Positions 19,400-29,589 of a stretch of 64,000 nt of DNA are shown here, in pieces. The stretch is from contig CAZZAW010000001.1 in assembly GCA_964652405.1 (NCBI GenBank), positions 205-64,204 on the forward strand. The letters run 5' to 3'. Position 1 is the stretch's first letter. Every line of letters starts with the position of its first letter. The DNA comes from an uncultured Ramlibacter sp. (GTDB lineage Bacteria > Pseudomonadota > Gammaproteobacteria > Burkholderiales > Burkholderiaceae_C). Under the pieces are notes generated by a model. The model worked only from the letters and a program-made list of their open reading frames with translations, did not search any database and was not told the DNA's origin. The translations under genes and the position numbers were made by a program.

Positions 19400-21926
19400 T
19401 GAGCACCTCCTGGATGTAGTTCATCTGCCAATCGGGATTGCCGGAGCGCGCGGCCTCCTGGGCGAGCTCCCGCAAGTCCCGGCGCGTCGTGGCTTCGTTG
19501 ATGGCGATCACCAGCCGAGGCATCTCGGCCGTGACCAGCCGCGTGAGCCCTGGCTTCAGCAGCAAGTAGTCCCGCTTTGGAACAGCGTTTGCCAACGCGC
19601 TCAGCTGGGCATCGTTCATGCCGAACAGTTCACGGTAGATGTGCCCAGTAGTTGACACCGAGTCGTTGATGGCCGGCAAAAAGATCCGTGTCGGCACGTT
19701 GGACGCAAAGGCAGGCCAAGCCTCCAGCTTCCCGAGTTCGTCGGGAGACTGCGTCGCGAACATGACGAACGCCCGCTTCTTTCGGAAGGTGCGCAGCCAG
19801 TCATCGATCTTCTGCTGAAACGCTGGGTTGCGCAGCATGTACCAGGCCTCCTCCACGAATATCATGGTGGGCGTGCGCCCGTCGAGCCTGCGCTCTACGC
19901 AATAGAAGCAGTAGTCCATGAACGGTGCCGCGATCTCCTCGCTCTCGAGAAGCTTCCCGGTCTCCATGCAGACGATCGAGCCCAACGTAAAGCTGTCCTC
20001 GTCGTTGTCGAAGTATTCGGCAAAGGGGCCTTTGGCATAGCTGCCCTCCGTGTCAGACCTGTCGACGTAAGGTCCCAGCCTCATGGCAATGTTCTTGTCG
20101 GAGCCTGCGAGGAAGCTGTACAGCGTCCCGAGGCGCCACCGCTCCTTGTTCACCGACTTGAGCCGCTGGAGAGCTGCATTGACGGTTTCCTTCTCCTCAG
20201 GCGTCAGCGAAAACCCGCTGGCGGACATGAGCACGTCGAGCCATCGAAGCAGCGCCTTATCTTCTCCGTCCTCCAGCATCCGGCGAACCGGGTTCAGCTT
20301 CACGCCCGCCTGCTGCGGCTTGGCCATGTCAATCGTTGCGCCGCCCAGCAACGTGCTCATCAGCGACAGGGAGTAATCCTTGTCGAAGATGAAGGTGTTG
20401 CAAGGGTGGTACTTTTGGAACAGGGCGGTCAGTAGGCTCATCACGACCGACTTGCCCGAGCCGGAGCCGCCGACGACCACGGTGTGTCCGAGGTCCTCCG
20501 CGTGGCAGCTGAAGTCGTAGGGGATGCCATAAGGGGTCAGGAAGCGGATGTGAGCGGGCACTGAACGCTGCAGGACCTTGGCAAACAGCTTGTGCTCGGC
20601 GTCGCCGGGGGAAATCGTCCGGATTGGGGAGAGGTCCGAGAGATTAGCTGTCGACGCGAGGTACTTGCGCAGCTGCACCTTTTGGTTGCCCGCCAGCGAA
20701 CCCAGGAACGCTGGCATCAAGCCTTGCCGTTCCCGTGTGACCGCATACCCCCCGGCGCGCAACGTGCTGGCGATGATGTCGCAGGCGCGGTCGACCTCCT
20801 TCGGGGTGGCCCCGAGGGCCAGCACCGTCATGTTGTAGAAGCCATAGGCGATGTCGCCAGCTGTCAGACCGACCAAGGCTTGCTGCGCGTCATCAGCCAA
20901 GGCCAGGTTGCCTGTGTTCACCTTCTGGCTCTCAATTCCCGTAATTCCTTCGAAGATGCGAACGGCCGGACTCTTGATTTCTGATCGATAGAACTGCTCC
21001 GCCGACTGAATGGCCTTTTCAGCGAGGTAACGGTCGATGATCTTGAAAGTCTGGACCATGACGTACTCACAAGGGGCCGCCATCAGCTGGTCAAGGTGCC
21101 CGCTGAAGGCTTCGGGTGGCATCCCTGTCGTGGATAGGGCCGCGCAATACACTGAGCTGGAAGGCCCGCGCAGCTCCAGCATGCTGTTCTGGCGGATCAG
21201 GTCATCTGCAGGCAAGAGTGTGTTGAGGTAGACAGGACGAGCCGGCACGGATATAGGGCCGGCTGGCGAAGCTAGATTTGCCTGCGCATACAAGTCTCCG
21301 AGCAAATCCGGCCCATAAATGCGACGGAACCCGAGTGACGTCGTCACGATGTTGGAGAAGGAAGACAAAATATTCTCGAAGTCTTCCTTCATCTCGCCAA
21401 GCTGCCCACGCACTGAAGCAACTGCGCTTTTTTCCCTGAACTTGCGGCCAAGTACCCGAAAGAGCGCCGCTAGTGCGTTATCGGACTGCTCCATCTCTGC
21501 CCGGAGCTGCTCAACGAAGGCCTCTGTCTGGTTGGGAAACGAATAGCCGACATACAGCCGATGCTCCAGTTTCGCGTTCGGGTATTCGGTGCACTTGCGC
21601 GCCCACTCGTCCTCGATCAGCTGCGCGACCGGATTCAGGTAAGTGGAGAACGGATAATCTGAAACGAAGCGTCGGCGCTGGATAGACCAAACAGTGATCC
21701 GGTCAGTCAGCTGCCGCATAGCGGTTTGCAACAGATCGATCCGCCGGGAAACGTCCTCGTCCGGAACGCCCTCAATGTCGGACCCCTCGTACGCGAAACC
21801 TGCCAGCAGACCCCCGTCGTGGCAAAGCACGGTCCCCTCGTCCACCATGCCGAACCACGGCAGCAGCTCCCCGTACGATCCGGCCTGTTTGCGGGGCTTG
21901 GAAATCAGGTCCTCAAGGCTCACCAT
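19380..21926 (-). CDS. trbE: T4SS ATPase TrbE/VirB4
   Basis: ELLPW, GHTVVVGGSGSGKS, IFDKDYS, VEEAW, WLRTFRKK, FATQS. Confidence 0.95.
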   Translation of the reverse strand: MVSLEDLISKPRKQAGSYGELLPWFGMVDEGTVLCHDGGLLAGFAYEGSDIEGVPDEDVSRRIDLLQTAMRQLTDRITVWSIQRRRFVSDYPFSTYLNPVAQLIEDEWARKCTEYPNAKLEHRLYVGYSFPNQTEAFVEQLRAEMEQSDNALAALFRVLGRKFREKSAVASVRGQLGEMKEDFENILSSFSNIVTTSLGFRRIYGPDLLGDLYAQANLASPAGPISVPARPVYLNTLLPADDLIRQNSMLELRGPSSSVYCAALSTTGMPPEAFSGHLDQLMAAPCEYVMVQTFKIIDRYLAEKAIQSAEQFYRSEIKSPAVRIFEGITGIESQKVNTGNLALADDAQQALVGLTAGDIAYGFYNMTVLALGATPKEVDRACDIIASTLRAGGYAVTRERQGLMPAFLGSLAGNQKVQLRKYLASTANLSDLSPIRTISPGDAEHKLFAKVLQRSVPAHIRFLTPYGIPYDFSCHAEDLGHTVVVGGSGSGKSVVMSLLTALFQKYHPCNTFIFDKDYSLSLMSTLLGGATIDMAKPQQAGVKLNPVRRMLEDGEDKALLRWLDVLMSASGFSLTPEEKETVNAALQRLKSVNKERWRLGTLYSFLAGSDKNIAMRLGPYVDRSDTEGSYAKGPFAEYFDNDEDSFTLGSIVCMETGKLLESEEIAAPFMDYCFYCVERRLDGRTPTMIFVEEAWYMLRNPAFQQKIDDWLRTFRKKRAFVMFATQSPDELGKLEAWPAFASNVPTRIFLPAINDSVSTTGHIYRELFGMNDAQLSALANAVPKRDYLLLKPGLTRLVTAEMPRLVIAINEATTRRDLRELAQEAARSGNPDWQMNYIQEVLNVPIQA

Positions 21927-22225
21927 GGCAAGCCTCTCCCCCAGCCGGCGGGCCGGCTATCCCAGTGACTTGGCTTCGGAAGATTTGTGTAGGCGTTTTC
22001 CTCGTTCAGGTAGCGCAGGAAAATCTCCATGAACTGAGGATCGCGCTTCGTCATAAGGCGACACACGGAGAACAGAGGAAGGACGGCCGCCAAGGCTAAA
22101 TACGATTGGGCCGCAAACAAGGTGGCGGCTACAAACGCCACCACGAAGAATGCTTTCGGGTCCGTGCCCATCACCATCTTGGGACGGTGAAGGCTCGTAT
22201 GGAAGGTGCTGGACCGCCGTGCCAT
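21920..22225 (-). CDS. trbD: T4SS TrbD/VirB3
   Basis: ATG 22225; SLHRPKMVMG, two TM helices, KRDPQF. Confidence 0.8.
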   Translation of the reverse strand: MARRSSTFHTSLHRPKMVMGTDPKAFFVVAFVAATLFAAQSYLALAAVLPLFSVCRLMTKRDPQFMEIFLRYLNEENAYTNLPKPSHWDSRPAGWGRGLPW

Positions 22226-22233
22226 GTCTAGCC

Positions 22234-22608
22234 TTATCGCAAGCAACCAGCAGGCGGATTGATGACCCCCAGGTTGAATGCTCCGCCGACGATGCCCTGC
22301 AGGATGCCGTACAGGATGACCGCGGTCAGAACCTTGGTCCAGTCCATCTTGGCGAACAGCCCGATGACAAAGGCTGACACAGCTACCAGGAGGAACACGA
22401 TGATGGCCAGCGGGCCTGAGATCCATCGGATGATGGCGCAACCGATGGTGTTCACGATCGGGAGGTCGAACGCGCTGCTCTGCGCATAAGCGACCTCAGG
22501 CGCAAGCCCGATCACCAGCATGATGAGGACGACGGCCACGAGCCGGAAGTAGTTCTCAGGCGTCAGGATGAACAGGTGGGACAGGTGCAGGGGACGGTTC
22601 ACTTTCAA
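22234..22608 (-). CDS. trbC: T4SS pilin TrbC/VirB2
   Basis: Signal peptide ending AYA, ISGPLA, two hydrophobic helices; between trbB and trbD. Confidence 0.75.
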   Translation of the reverse strand: MKVNRPLHLSHLFILTPENYFRLVAVVLIMLVIGLAPEVAYAQSSAFDLPIVNTIGCAIIRWISGPLAIIVFLLVAVSAFVIGLFAKMDWTKVLTAVILYGILQGIVGGAFNLGVINPPAGCLR

Positions 22609-23606
22609 TCTCCGTGGTTCAAAACAGAAGTGCGGTATTCGCCCTGCAAACGGTCAAAGCCGTCGACATGGCAAATCTGGGACAGGCGACGGGTGCCGTC
22701 TTCCTGGTGAATGAACAGGACGCAGCCGAGGGTGGAACCGATGCGCTGCTGGATGGCGTTGTGCGGAATGCCGCTCTCGGCCATCATCACGAGCGACTCG
22801 AGCCGGTAAATGGCGTCCTTGGCGCTGTCGGCGTGGATCGTGGCGCCCGAACCCGGGTGGCCCGTGTTTGAGGCATCCATCCAGTCGTAGGCCGCTCCGT
22901 CCCGCAGCTCTCCCAGGATGATCCGGTCGGGGTTGTAGCGCATGGCTACCTTCACCAGGTCGCGCGCGTTCACCCCCTGGTCCGGGTCACATTCCATGAG
23001 CACATGGTTCTCGGAGATGACCTTCAGTTCCTGCACCTGTTCGATGACGTAGAGCCGGTGCTTCGGGTTGATCAGGGACAGGACGCAGTTCATCAGCGTC
23101 GTTTTCCCCGAGAAGGTGCCGCCGGCGATCAGGAAGTTGCGGCGCTCTGCCACCATGTCCTCAATCAGGCGGCCTTGCCGCTCCGTGATCGTTCCCGTTC
23201 GGCGATAGTCCTCCAGAGTCATCACCCGGCTTGCATGGCGCCGGATGCACATGGAGGGGCCACGGACGGAAACGGGGGGCAGGACTGCCTCCACACGGAA
23301 GCCAGGAAAACGGGCTGACAGGAGCAGGTTCTGCTTGCCGACTTGCTTGTCGCTTAGGCTGGCCAGCAAAGTGATCGCGGAGTCGATCTGGCCTGCCGAG
23401 AGCCTGACGCCGAGCGGCTTGTCTTTACCGTTCTGGCGGATGAAAACGTCGTTAGGGGCGTTCACCATCACATCGGTGACGGACTCGTCCTCCAGAACCT
23501 GCCGGATCGGCTCCAGCGTGTCCTTGAAGCTGGCCAAGATGCGAGCCGTGTACGAGACCGCCCGTGAAGCGGCGGCTTGCGTGTCTGCGATGCTGTCGGT
23601 CGGCAT
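22605..23606 (-). CDS. trbB: T4SS ATPase TrbB/VirB11
   Basis: VTDVMVN, GGTFSGKTT, MRYNPDRIILGELRD, NTGHPG..TIHA. Confidence 0.92.
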   Translation of the reverse strand: MPTDSIADTQAAASRAVSYTARILASFKDTLEPIRQVLEDESVTDVMVNAPNDVFIRQNGKDKPLGVRLSAGQIDSAITLLASLSDKQVGKQNLLLSARFPGFRVEAVLPPVSVRGPSMCIRRHASRVMTLEDYRRTGTITERQGRLIEDMVAERRNFLIAGGTFSGKTTLMNCVLSLINPKHRLYVIEQVQELKVISENHVLMECDPDQGVNARDLVKVAMRYNPDRIILGELRDGAAYDWMDASNTGHPGSGATIHADSAKDAIYRLESLVMMAESGIPHNAIQQRIGSTLGCVLFIHQEDGTRRLSQICHVDGFDRLQGEYRTSVLNHGD

Positions 23607-23747
23607 CCATTGAGGCTAAGGCGGCCACCCTTGGGAGATGGAACTGCATTGGCCGTTTAGCGCTCAATGAGCTTTCTCGGCCAGCGGTTCGAGTGAGAGA
23701 GATGACTCCGCCGGGTCAGACCGTAGCCTGCATGCAGGCTGAGGAAC

Positions 23748-24380
23748 CTAGTTCCTGCCGAACACCGGCTGCATGTTGCTCACCATCAGCGACAAGGGCA
23801 CGACGAGAACCAAAGCCCACAGCGGGGAAACCAGTGGCGAGACGGGGATGGGGACCACCAGGTAGACCAGCGGTGCCATGGCAAGCGGTATGACCACGTG
23901 GGAGGTCACTGTGTAAGCGGCTGGGCGCATCGCGCCGAACTCTGCCCGCTTCACCGCGCGCTGGGAAAAGCCGTCAACCACGGCAGCTATGAACACCGGA
24001 AACAGAACAAGAAGCCAGATCGCGAAGATGAAGGCCCTCTGAACGAGCACGAACAGATTCAGGATCAGGCCCTGGACGTACGAGTTGTAGCCCTTGGCGA
24101 ACGATTCACCTGCCTTGCCGGCTACTAGGCGCGTTAGGTCCATGTCTGCCCCTCGGACAGTCGCATCAGTCAGGCTGTCGGCGGGGGTGTAGACCTCAAA
24201 GACCAACGCCGCTTGCCGCTGCAGCCAATCGGCAGTTCCTGTGCCGAACGTAGCGCGCGTGAGCTGAAGCTCGCTTTGGACGAATGCTTCCATGGACGGC
24301 CCATTGCGCATAATGGGCGTGAGCAGGAAAAGGGCGAAGAAGACCGCCAGCCAGAATCCGATGTGACTCCTGGTGGCCAT
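23748..24380 (-). CDS. DUF4400-like membrane protein (T4CP-associated)
   Basis: AAVVDGFSQRAVKR motif with TM helices, downstream of traD. Confidence 0.7.
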   Translation of the reverse strand: MATRSHIGFWLAVFFALFLLTPIMRNGPSMEAFVQSELQLTRATFGTGTADWLQRQAALVFEVYTPADSLTDATVRGADMDLTRLVAGKAGESFAKGYNSYVQGLILNLFVLVQRAFIFAIWLLVLFPVFIAAVVDGFSQRAVKRAEFGAMRPAAYTVTSHVVIPLAMAPLVYLVVPIPVSPLVSPLWALVLVVPLSLMVSNMQPVFGRN

Positions 24381-24383
24381 GAC

Positions 24384-24989
24384 TTACCTGAAGCGCAGGG
24401 CGGTGCCCACGTCTCGTGTCGATGCGACAGCACAAAGGAACTTCACCCGGGTACCCTGCACCTCGTCGGGCGGCGTCTCCGGCCGGAAATAGAATCGGAT
24501 CTCGTCGAAGTCGTGCCCGTGGGCCCATTGGCGGAAGCTTCCCTTCGAGATCTCGTACTGGTGAACGGGCCTGCCCCCGGAAAAACCCCAGGCGTGGAAC
24601 TTTGCGACCTCTTCGGCCACGGAGCCAAGACCGTCCAGGAAGTTGGAGACCACCAGTTTGCGGGTGCTCTCCTGCTCCCGGATGCCTTCGGCAACCCGTT
24701 GCAGGCCTTTGACAATGGCCGTAACGGCGGCGCCCCTGCCGCCGCCCGAACTTGGCCAGCGGGATGACAGCAGGTCAAGGGTCTTCTCGGCCGCTTCCTT
24801 CAGGTTCGGGTAGGCGAGCCAATAGCCTCGCAGTTCCGACTGCAGCGCGGCCGCTGCAACGGCCTCATTCATGTCGAACTCCTCGCGGGACTCGAACGGC
24901 ACGCGCAACGTGTGGTTCGGCTCTTCGAAGTAGTCGTGCTTGCGCGAGCGAGCGCCGGCGATCGAGGTGACTTTATCGAGCGTGTTCAT
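24384..24989 (-). CDS. Hypothetical protein in the traD operon
   Basis: 201-aa ORF overlapping the traD stop and abutting the DUF4400 gene. Confidence 0.6.
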   Translation of the reverse strand: MNTLDKVTSIAGARSRKHDYFEEPNHTLRVPFESREEFDMNEAVAAAALQSELRGYWLAYPNLKEAAEKTLDLLSSRWPSSGGGRGAAVTAIVKGLQRVAEGIREQESTRKLVVSNFLDGLGSVAEEVAKFHAWGFSGGRPVHQYEISKGSFRQWAHGHDFDEIRFYFRPETPPDEVQGTRVKFLCAVASTRDVGTALRFR

Positions 24990-26928
24990 GCTGGAATTGA
25001 AGTACCGGTATGCGCCCTTTCACGCGTTCGCTGCGGTTGAACACAGCGATGTACTGGAGATCGGGCATGCTGGAAAGCAGAGATGGCGGGAACAGCTCCG
25101 TTTGCATCTCCTTGATCGACTCGCCGCGATTTACGGAGAACTCAAGGCCGTAATCCTCGGTTTTTGACCCGGTGGATTGCGACTGTGCTCTGGAGTTGAT
25201 GGTGGTCAGACCGAACTTCTCGGAGACGAGCTGGACAGTCTCGGGGTCCTGCGTCGCCCCGACGATCAGGTTGTTCATGTTCCCCATGAACTTGAGCGCC
25301 TTGGCGCGGTCGCCGCCAAACGCAACCGTCAAGTCTGAAAGCGTCTGGCCAAGCGCCCAGATGAAGATGCCCGCGCCCGCGCCCTTGTTGGCCAACTGGA
25401 CGAGAGGCTCGCACATGGCATCGCCCCATTCGTCGGCGATGACGTGGATCGCGCGCTTCTCGCGCGAGCCCTCTCCGTCAATCCCGTAGTTGTACAGCTC
25501 CGCTGCGACCGCGGCCGCATCCGCCATGATCATGGCATTCAGCGCATGCCCTACGGAGGGATCGGCTAGCGTGTCGCTACCCACGTAGAGAACGTGCCTG
25601 CCGCGGACCACGCGCATGGTGTCCATGATAGGACGGTTGTCGTTTGGGTCCTCGTAGTCTGGGGACAGCAACCCTTTCAAGTCGTCGGTGCTGAGCTTGG
25701 TCAGCATCGGCGTGATCGACACGATCATCTTGGAGAACCATTCCTTGTTGGCTTCCAAGATCGAGATCAAGCCGCGAATCTCGTCTGGCTTTGCGGGAAC
25801 TTGGCGCCTGCGTGCCTCTGCAACGTCCTCGGCCAAGTCCTTGTTGAAGACGGCCATCATGGCCATCAGTTCGATAGAACCGGTCTCGACCGTTCTGGCC
25901 TTGGGATTTCGGCTGGTCGCCTTGAGCTTCTGGATCTCCTGTGACACGGCATCTGCCAGGCTCTGGCCTTGCTCCTGGAAGAACTTGGCCAGCGCCTCTT
26001 CGGTGAGCTTCTCCACACTGACACGAGACTGCATGTACGTCTTCAGGCCCGCAATACTCACCCGGCGGCCCACGAATTTCATACCGCTCGTGATCGAGTG
26101 CACGGCGCTCCAGCAAAACTCCTTGAACGTGCTCTCTTCCTGCGAGCCCAACACCAGCGAGATACGCGAGGCGACCTGGCTCACTCGATCCCAATTCTTC
26201 AGGAGGTCCATTCGGACTGATTCCGATGCAAAAGCCGGGTGCATCTTGAGGAAGCGGCCGGGCTCGCCGACCATCGTGCACGCGTGCCGCGCGATCTGCT
26301 CGAGCTCCTTGTCGCCCTTAGGATCGAGGATGATGACTGCGTCGCCTCGTGCGACCAGCTGCGGAACCACCAGCGACACCAGCTTCGTCTTGATCGCACG
26401 CGTGGTAGCGATGACAGCACAGTGGCCTTTGAGGCTGTCAAAGGGGATCAGAACATCACGTTCTTTCGGCTCCAGGCCATGAATCCACTGCAGCCCGCGC
26501 TCTTGCGCTGGATTGCGCTTGACGCCCATGAACCGCAGCGCCCATTCGGGTGGGTAGATCTCCACCATGTCCCGCTTCAAGACCTCGTGCGCCCTTTGAG
26601 TGTGGCTAGGTTCCCACCGGAACCCCCAGCCCAGCCAGAGATTGCTTTGCAGCTTCGGCAGGGCCAGCATCAGCGACCGGTCGGCCATCACCTCGACAGG
26701 CTTGCCGATCAGGGACAGCTTCTTGACCGCAAGCTTGTACGCAGCCGAGAACCTCCAGCCCGCCAAGAGCGCGCACATGGCCACAAGCAAGAGGATCGTG
26801 CCTGTGGCGAAGCTGAGGGCAAGCGCCCAGCCAAGGCACCATATGCCTGCTGCTGCCCACCCAAGGACAGCCCTGCCCTCGTAGAGGGGCCGGAGAATCT
26901 GCTCGAACGGGTCTTTTCGCACCGTCAT
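24973..26928 (-). CDS. traD: Conjugative coupling protein TraD (SXT/PFGI-1 type)
   Basis: RPLYE, two TM helices, LWLGWGFRW, WIHGLE, IILDPKGD, IADEW, NKGAGAG, GNMNN; Walker A is atypical (ATTRAIKT). Confidence 0.9.
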   Translation of the reverse strand: MTVRKDPFEQILRPLYEGRAVLGWAAAGIWCLGWALALSFATGTILLLVAMCALLAGWRFSAAYKLAVKKLSLIGKPVEVMADRSLMLALPKLQSNLWLGWGFRWEPSHTQRAHEVLKRDMVEIYPPEWALRFMGVKRNPAQERGLQWIHGLEPKERDVLIPFDSLKGHCAVIATTRAIKTKLVSLVVPQLVARGDAVIILDPKGDKELEQIARHACTMVGEPGRFLKMHPAFASESVRMDLLKNWDRVSQVASRISLVLGSQEESTFKEFCWSAVHSITSGMKFVGRRVSIAGLKTYMQSRVSVEKLTEEALAKFFQEQGQSLADAVSQEIQKLKATSRNPKARTVETGSIELMAMMAVFNKDLAEDVAEARRRQVPAKPDEIRGLISILEANKEWFSKMIVSITPMLTKLSTDDLKGLLSPDYEDPNDNRPIMDTMRVVRGRHVLYVGSDTLADPSVGHALNAMIMADAAAVAAELYNYGIDGEGSREKRAIHVIADEWGDAMCEPLVQLANKGAGAGIFIWALGQTLSDLTVAFGGDRAKALKFMGNMNNLIVGATQDPETVQLVSEKFGLTTINSRAQSQSTGSKTEDYGLEFSVNRGESIKEMQTELFPPSLLSSMPDLQYIAVFNRSERVKGRIPVLQFQHEHAR

Positions 26929-28820
26929 TGGAGTCCTAGCTTTCTGACCGTATGCATCGCCAGAATGAAGCACGTGTGCTTTGATTTGCTGCCTTCTCGC
27001 TCCGCGATCGGGTAGATCAGCTTCCCGGGTGTTGATGAGTGCGTGTAGATGTGGCCGCGCTCGCCTAGCGCGGCCAGAAACGCCGGCACGTCCTCCGTAA
27101 ACTGCTTAAGCAAATCGAGGTCCACCGCCGCACCAAACTCGCACATGCGCATGACCTTGACGGGCATATCCCGCGTCCGCCACACGTGCACGATGCGCCC
27201 GAGCATTTCCGCGTAGTACGCCGGCATGCTCTCGGATACTTCCTGGGGCAAGAGGTCGCTGAACTTGATTTCTGCGCCTTCTTCGAGGCGTCCTCCGGCC
27301 GATGCCTTGCGCGGCCGCGCGGGCGGCGCTGGAGGTACCGGGGGTGCGGTCGTCACGTCGTTCGTCGGCGCAACTGGTGGAGCGGCCGCTGTCGCACCAG
27401 GTTCATCGGTGCGTTCTTCATCACTGTCTTCGTCCTCGGAGGCGGCGTCATCCCCTGACTCTCCCAGCACCTCTGATGGGGTAATCACATTCAGGACAGG
27501 GGGGGCCTTCTTCAATGCGGGGGCGGCGGCCGTCTTTTCAGTCGCCTTCCCGGCTTCGGCGGCTGCAAGCGGATCGTCCGCGCGGATCGCGTCCAGGAGC
27601 ACTTTCCTGCCGGTGGCAAAAGTCTCCAGCGGCAGGTCAGCCCCCAGGAGTAACGCCGGGCGAGCGAGCTTGACTGCGGGCACGATTTCGCCATTGCTGT
27701 CGGCGATCTGTACCAGGCCGAGCCCTGCCCCACCTGGGCTGACAATGCCGTTACTGACCATCACGGACAACAGCCCCGCTTCCGTCGAGGGGATGCCAGC
27801 AAAGCCGCTGTCGGCGCAATAGGCGAGCATCTGCTGTCCAGCCGCAGGCCATTGGAGGTACAGGCCCGTCGTGTCCGCATAGGCGATGCTCTCGTTCAGC
27901 CTCCAGGCTTTCCCCCAGTTGGCGACCATCGCGTCCAGAAGGTATGGGGCCACATCGCTGCCGACAGTCAGCTTGCCGTAGTTCTGTGGCCTTCTTGCGA
28001 CCTCCTGCTCGCGCACCGTCGCCCACATGTGGCGCACAAGGTCCCCAGCAATGCTGTGCGTAGCTCCCTGGGTTCCTGAGACGATGTCCGTCAGAGCGGC
28101 TATGAGACTCGGTGAGCCAGCATTGAGCCATTCCACGTTCTCGCGGCCGGCGATACGAAGTGCGATCAGCGCAGCAAGCGGCGCGGGCCCGGGCTGGGCG
28201 TCTGGAGCCGTCCAGGTGACATAGATGCGCCCCGGCTCCGGCTGCCAGTCAAGCAACGCGTCCAGCTGCGGTGACCACTGGCGGTTCTGCTCTGTGACCA
28301 GCATTCCGGCCAGCGACGAGCCGACGGGGTAGAGCAGCCCAGCCAGAAAGCACACATAGCGCCAACGCGATTCCAGCCGGTGCCTTTGCTCGACTCCGTG
28401 CTCGCCAGTGAAGATTCGACCGTCAGCGCCTCGGAACGACCGAAATGCGGTCTCCAGACTGGCCCGGAAAAGCCCTCCTGCCCCCGAAAACACCGAATGC
28501 GAGGTGGCCGGAAGGATGTTGATGTGCGCGGCAAGGCGTTCGATCGGGCCCATAAAGCGCAGCTGCAGCTGCTCTGGAGACTCCGCGGCGTGAACGCGCA
28601 GCATTCCAAGGAGCTCGGCCTGGTCGAAAAGCAGTGTTTCCACAGGGACCAGCGGCAGCCCCGGGTCTTGAGGGGGGTAGACCACAGCGCTCGCATTGAG
28701 CGCACGGTCCTGCGCAAGGATTCCTTTGGGCGCAGAGGGCGTCCCGGTCAGTGCCGTGGCCACCCGGGCCGGTGCCGGCGCCGCAGTCGGTCGGAACAGT
28801 CGCGCCAGCCAGCTTTGCAT
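26925..28820 (-). CDS. mobH: MobH/TraI_2-family relaxase homolog with degenerate active site
   Basis: YPPQDPGLP, LPAT...GGLFRASLE, RWRY..FLAGLL fold signature upstream of traD; His/HD ligands replaced. Confidence 0.75.
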   Translation of the reverse strand: MQSWLARLFRPTAAPAPARVATALTGTPSAPKGILAQDRALNASAVVYPPQDPGLPLVPVETLLFDQAELLGMLRVHAAESPEQLQLRFMGPIERLAAHINILPATSHSVFSGAGGLFRASLETAFRSFRGADGRIFTGEHGVEQRHRLESRWRYVCFLAGLLYPVGSSLAGMLVTEQNRQWSPQLDALLDWQPEPGRIYVTWTAPDAQPGPAPLAALIALRIAGRENVEWLNAGSPSLIAALTDIVSGTQGATHSIAGDLVRHMWATVREQEVARRPQNYGKLTVGSDVAPYLLDAMVANWGKAWRLNESIAYADTTGLYLQWPAAGQQMLAYCADSGFAGIPSTEAGLLSVMVSNGIVSPGGAGLGLVQIADSNGEIVPAVKLARPALLLGADLPLETFATGRKVLLDAIRADDPLAAAEAGKATEKTAAAPALKKAPPVLNVITPSEVLGESGDDAASEDEDSDEERTDEPGATAAAPPVAPTNDVTTAPPVPPAPPARPRKASAGGRLEEGAEIKFSDLLPQEVSESMPAYYAEMLGRIVHVWRTRDMPVKVMRMCEFGAAVDLDLLKQFTEDVPAFLAALGERGHIYTHSSTPGKLIYPIAEREGSKSKHTCFILAMHTVRKLGLQ

Positions 28821-28913
28821 CCTGCCGATTCTGTCGGCGGGCCCAGCCTGGCGCCGTACGCCATTGCGTGAAAAACAGCTATTGCCGTTCCCGGGGTGCT
28901 TGCCGGGCCGCGA

Positions 28914-29582
28914 TCAGCCGTGCGCCACGGCGCGGGCAGGAGCGCTCGCAGGAGATGCGCTGTAGGTCTCGTTTTCCGAGTACTGCGGCCCAAAACCAGT
29001 CCTCTTCGAGGTAGCCGGGATCACCGCATGGTTGTGAAGCATGCAGATGGGGCACTGGAAGTGAGAGACCTTGAGGTTGATGAAGTGGCTGGCGCAGTTG
29101 TTGCAGGCCATCAGGTCAACGTCACCGGTGAAGTACCGGCAGGCCAGGAAGTAGAACTTTTCGAATGACAGGGGCGTGGTCTCCCCCGTGACGTTGTAGG
29201 CGGTCAGGAATGAATGGAACGTGTGAAGCAGGCGGTCGAGCATGGCTCCCGAGACCTGGTTCTCCTCAATCCGCAGATCGCCGCCACAGTTGCGCAGGAC
29301 ATCGGACAGTAGGACGCTCGCGGCGTAGCGTTCGGGCAGGCTGAGGAACTTCGGATGCAACACGTCGAAGCCACCCCCTGGCAGCCGCTTCCAGGTCACA
29401 CCGTGGCGCTCGCAGATGAGTTTCACCATCGAACGAACCTTGACGTCCGTATCGTCGATTCCCATCAGGGTCTTGATAAAGGCTGTTCTCTGCGTCAGAA
29501 GCGCCAGCGCTTCGAACCGCCGGAGCTGGTCAGGGTAGGTGCTCCAGTGCCCAGCCGTGGGAAGTGATGCGGTGCGTCCCAT
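28914..29582 (-). CDS. FlhC-like transcriptional activator (AcaC/SetC-like)
   Basis: C-terminal LSFEKFY...CNNCASHF...CPIC zinc ribbon; follows an FlhD-like gene. Confidence 0.7.
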   Translation of the reverse strand: MGRTASLPTAGHWSTYPDQLRRFEALALLTQRTAFIKTLMGIDDTDVKVRSMVKLICERHGVTWKRLPGGGFDVLHPKFLSLPERYAASVLLSDVLRNCGGDLRIEENQVSGAMLDRLLHTFHSFLTAYNVTGETTPLSFEKFYFLACRYFTGDVDLMACNNCASHFINLKVSHFQCPICMLHNHAVIPATSKRTGFGPQYSENETYSASPASAPARAVAHG

Positions 29583-29589
29583 ATGCGCC

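Noticed and set aside
28821-28913. oriT next to the relaxase gene
   Set aside because: Only weak inverted repeats and no nic consensus that I can recognise; oriT cannot be placed from sequence alone.
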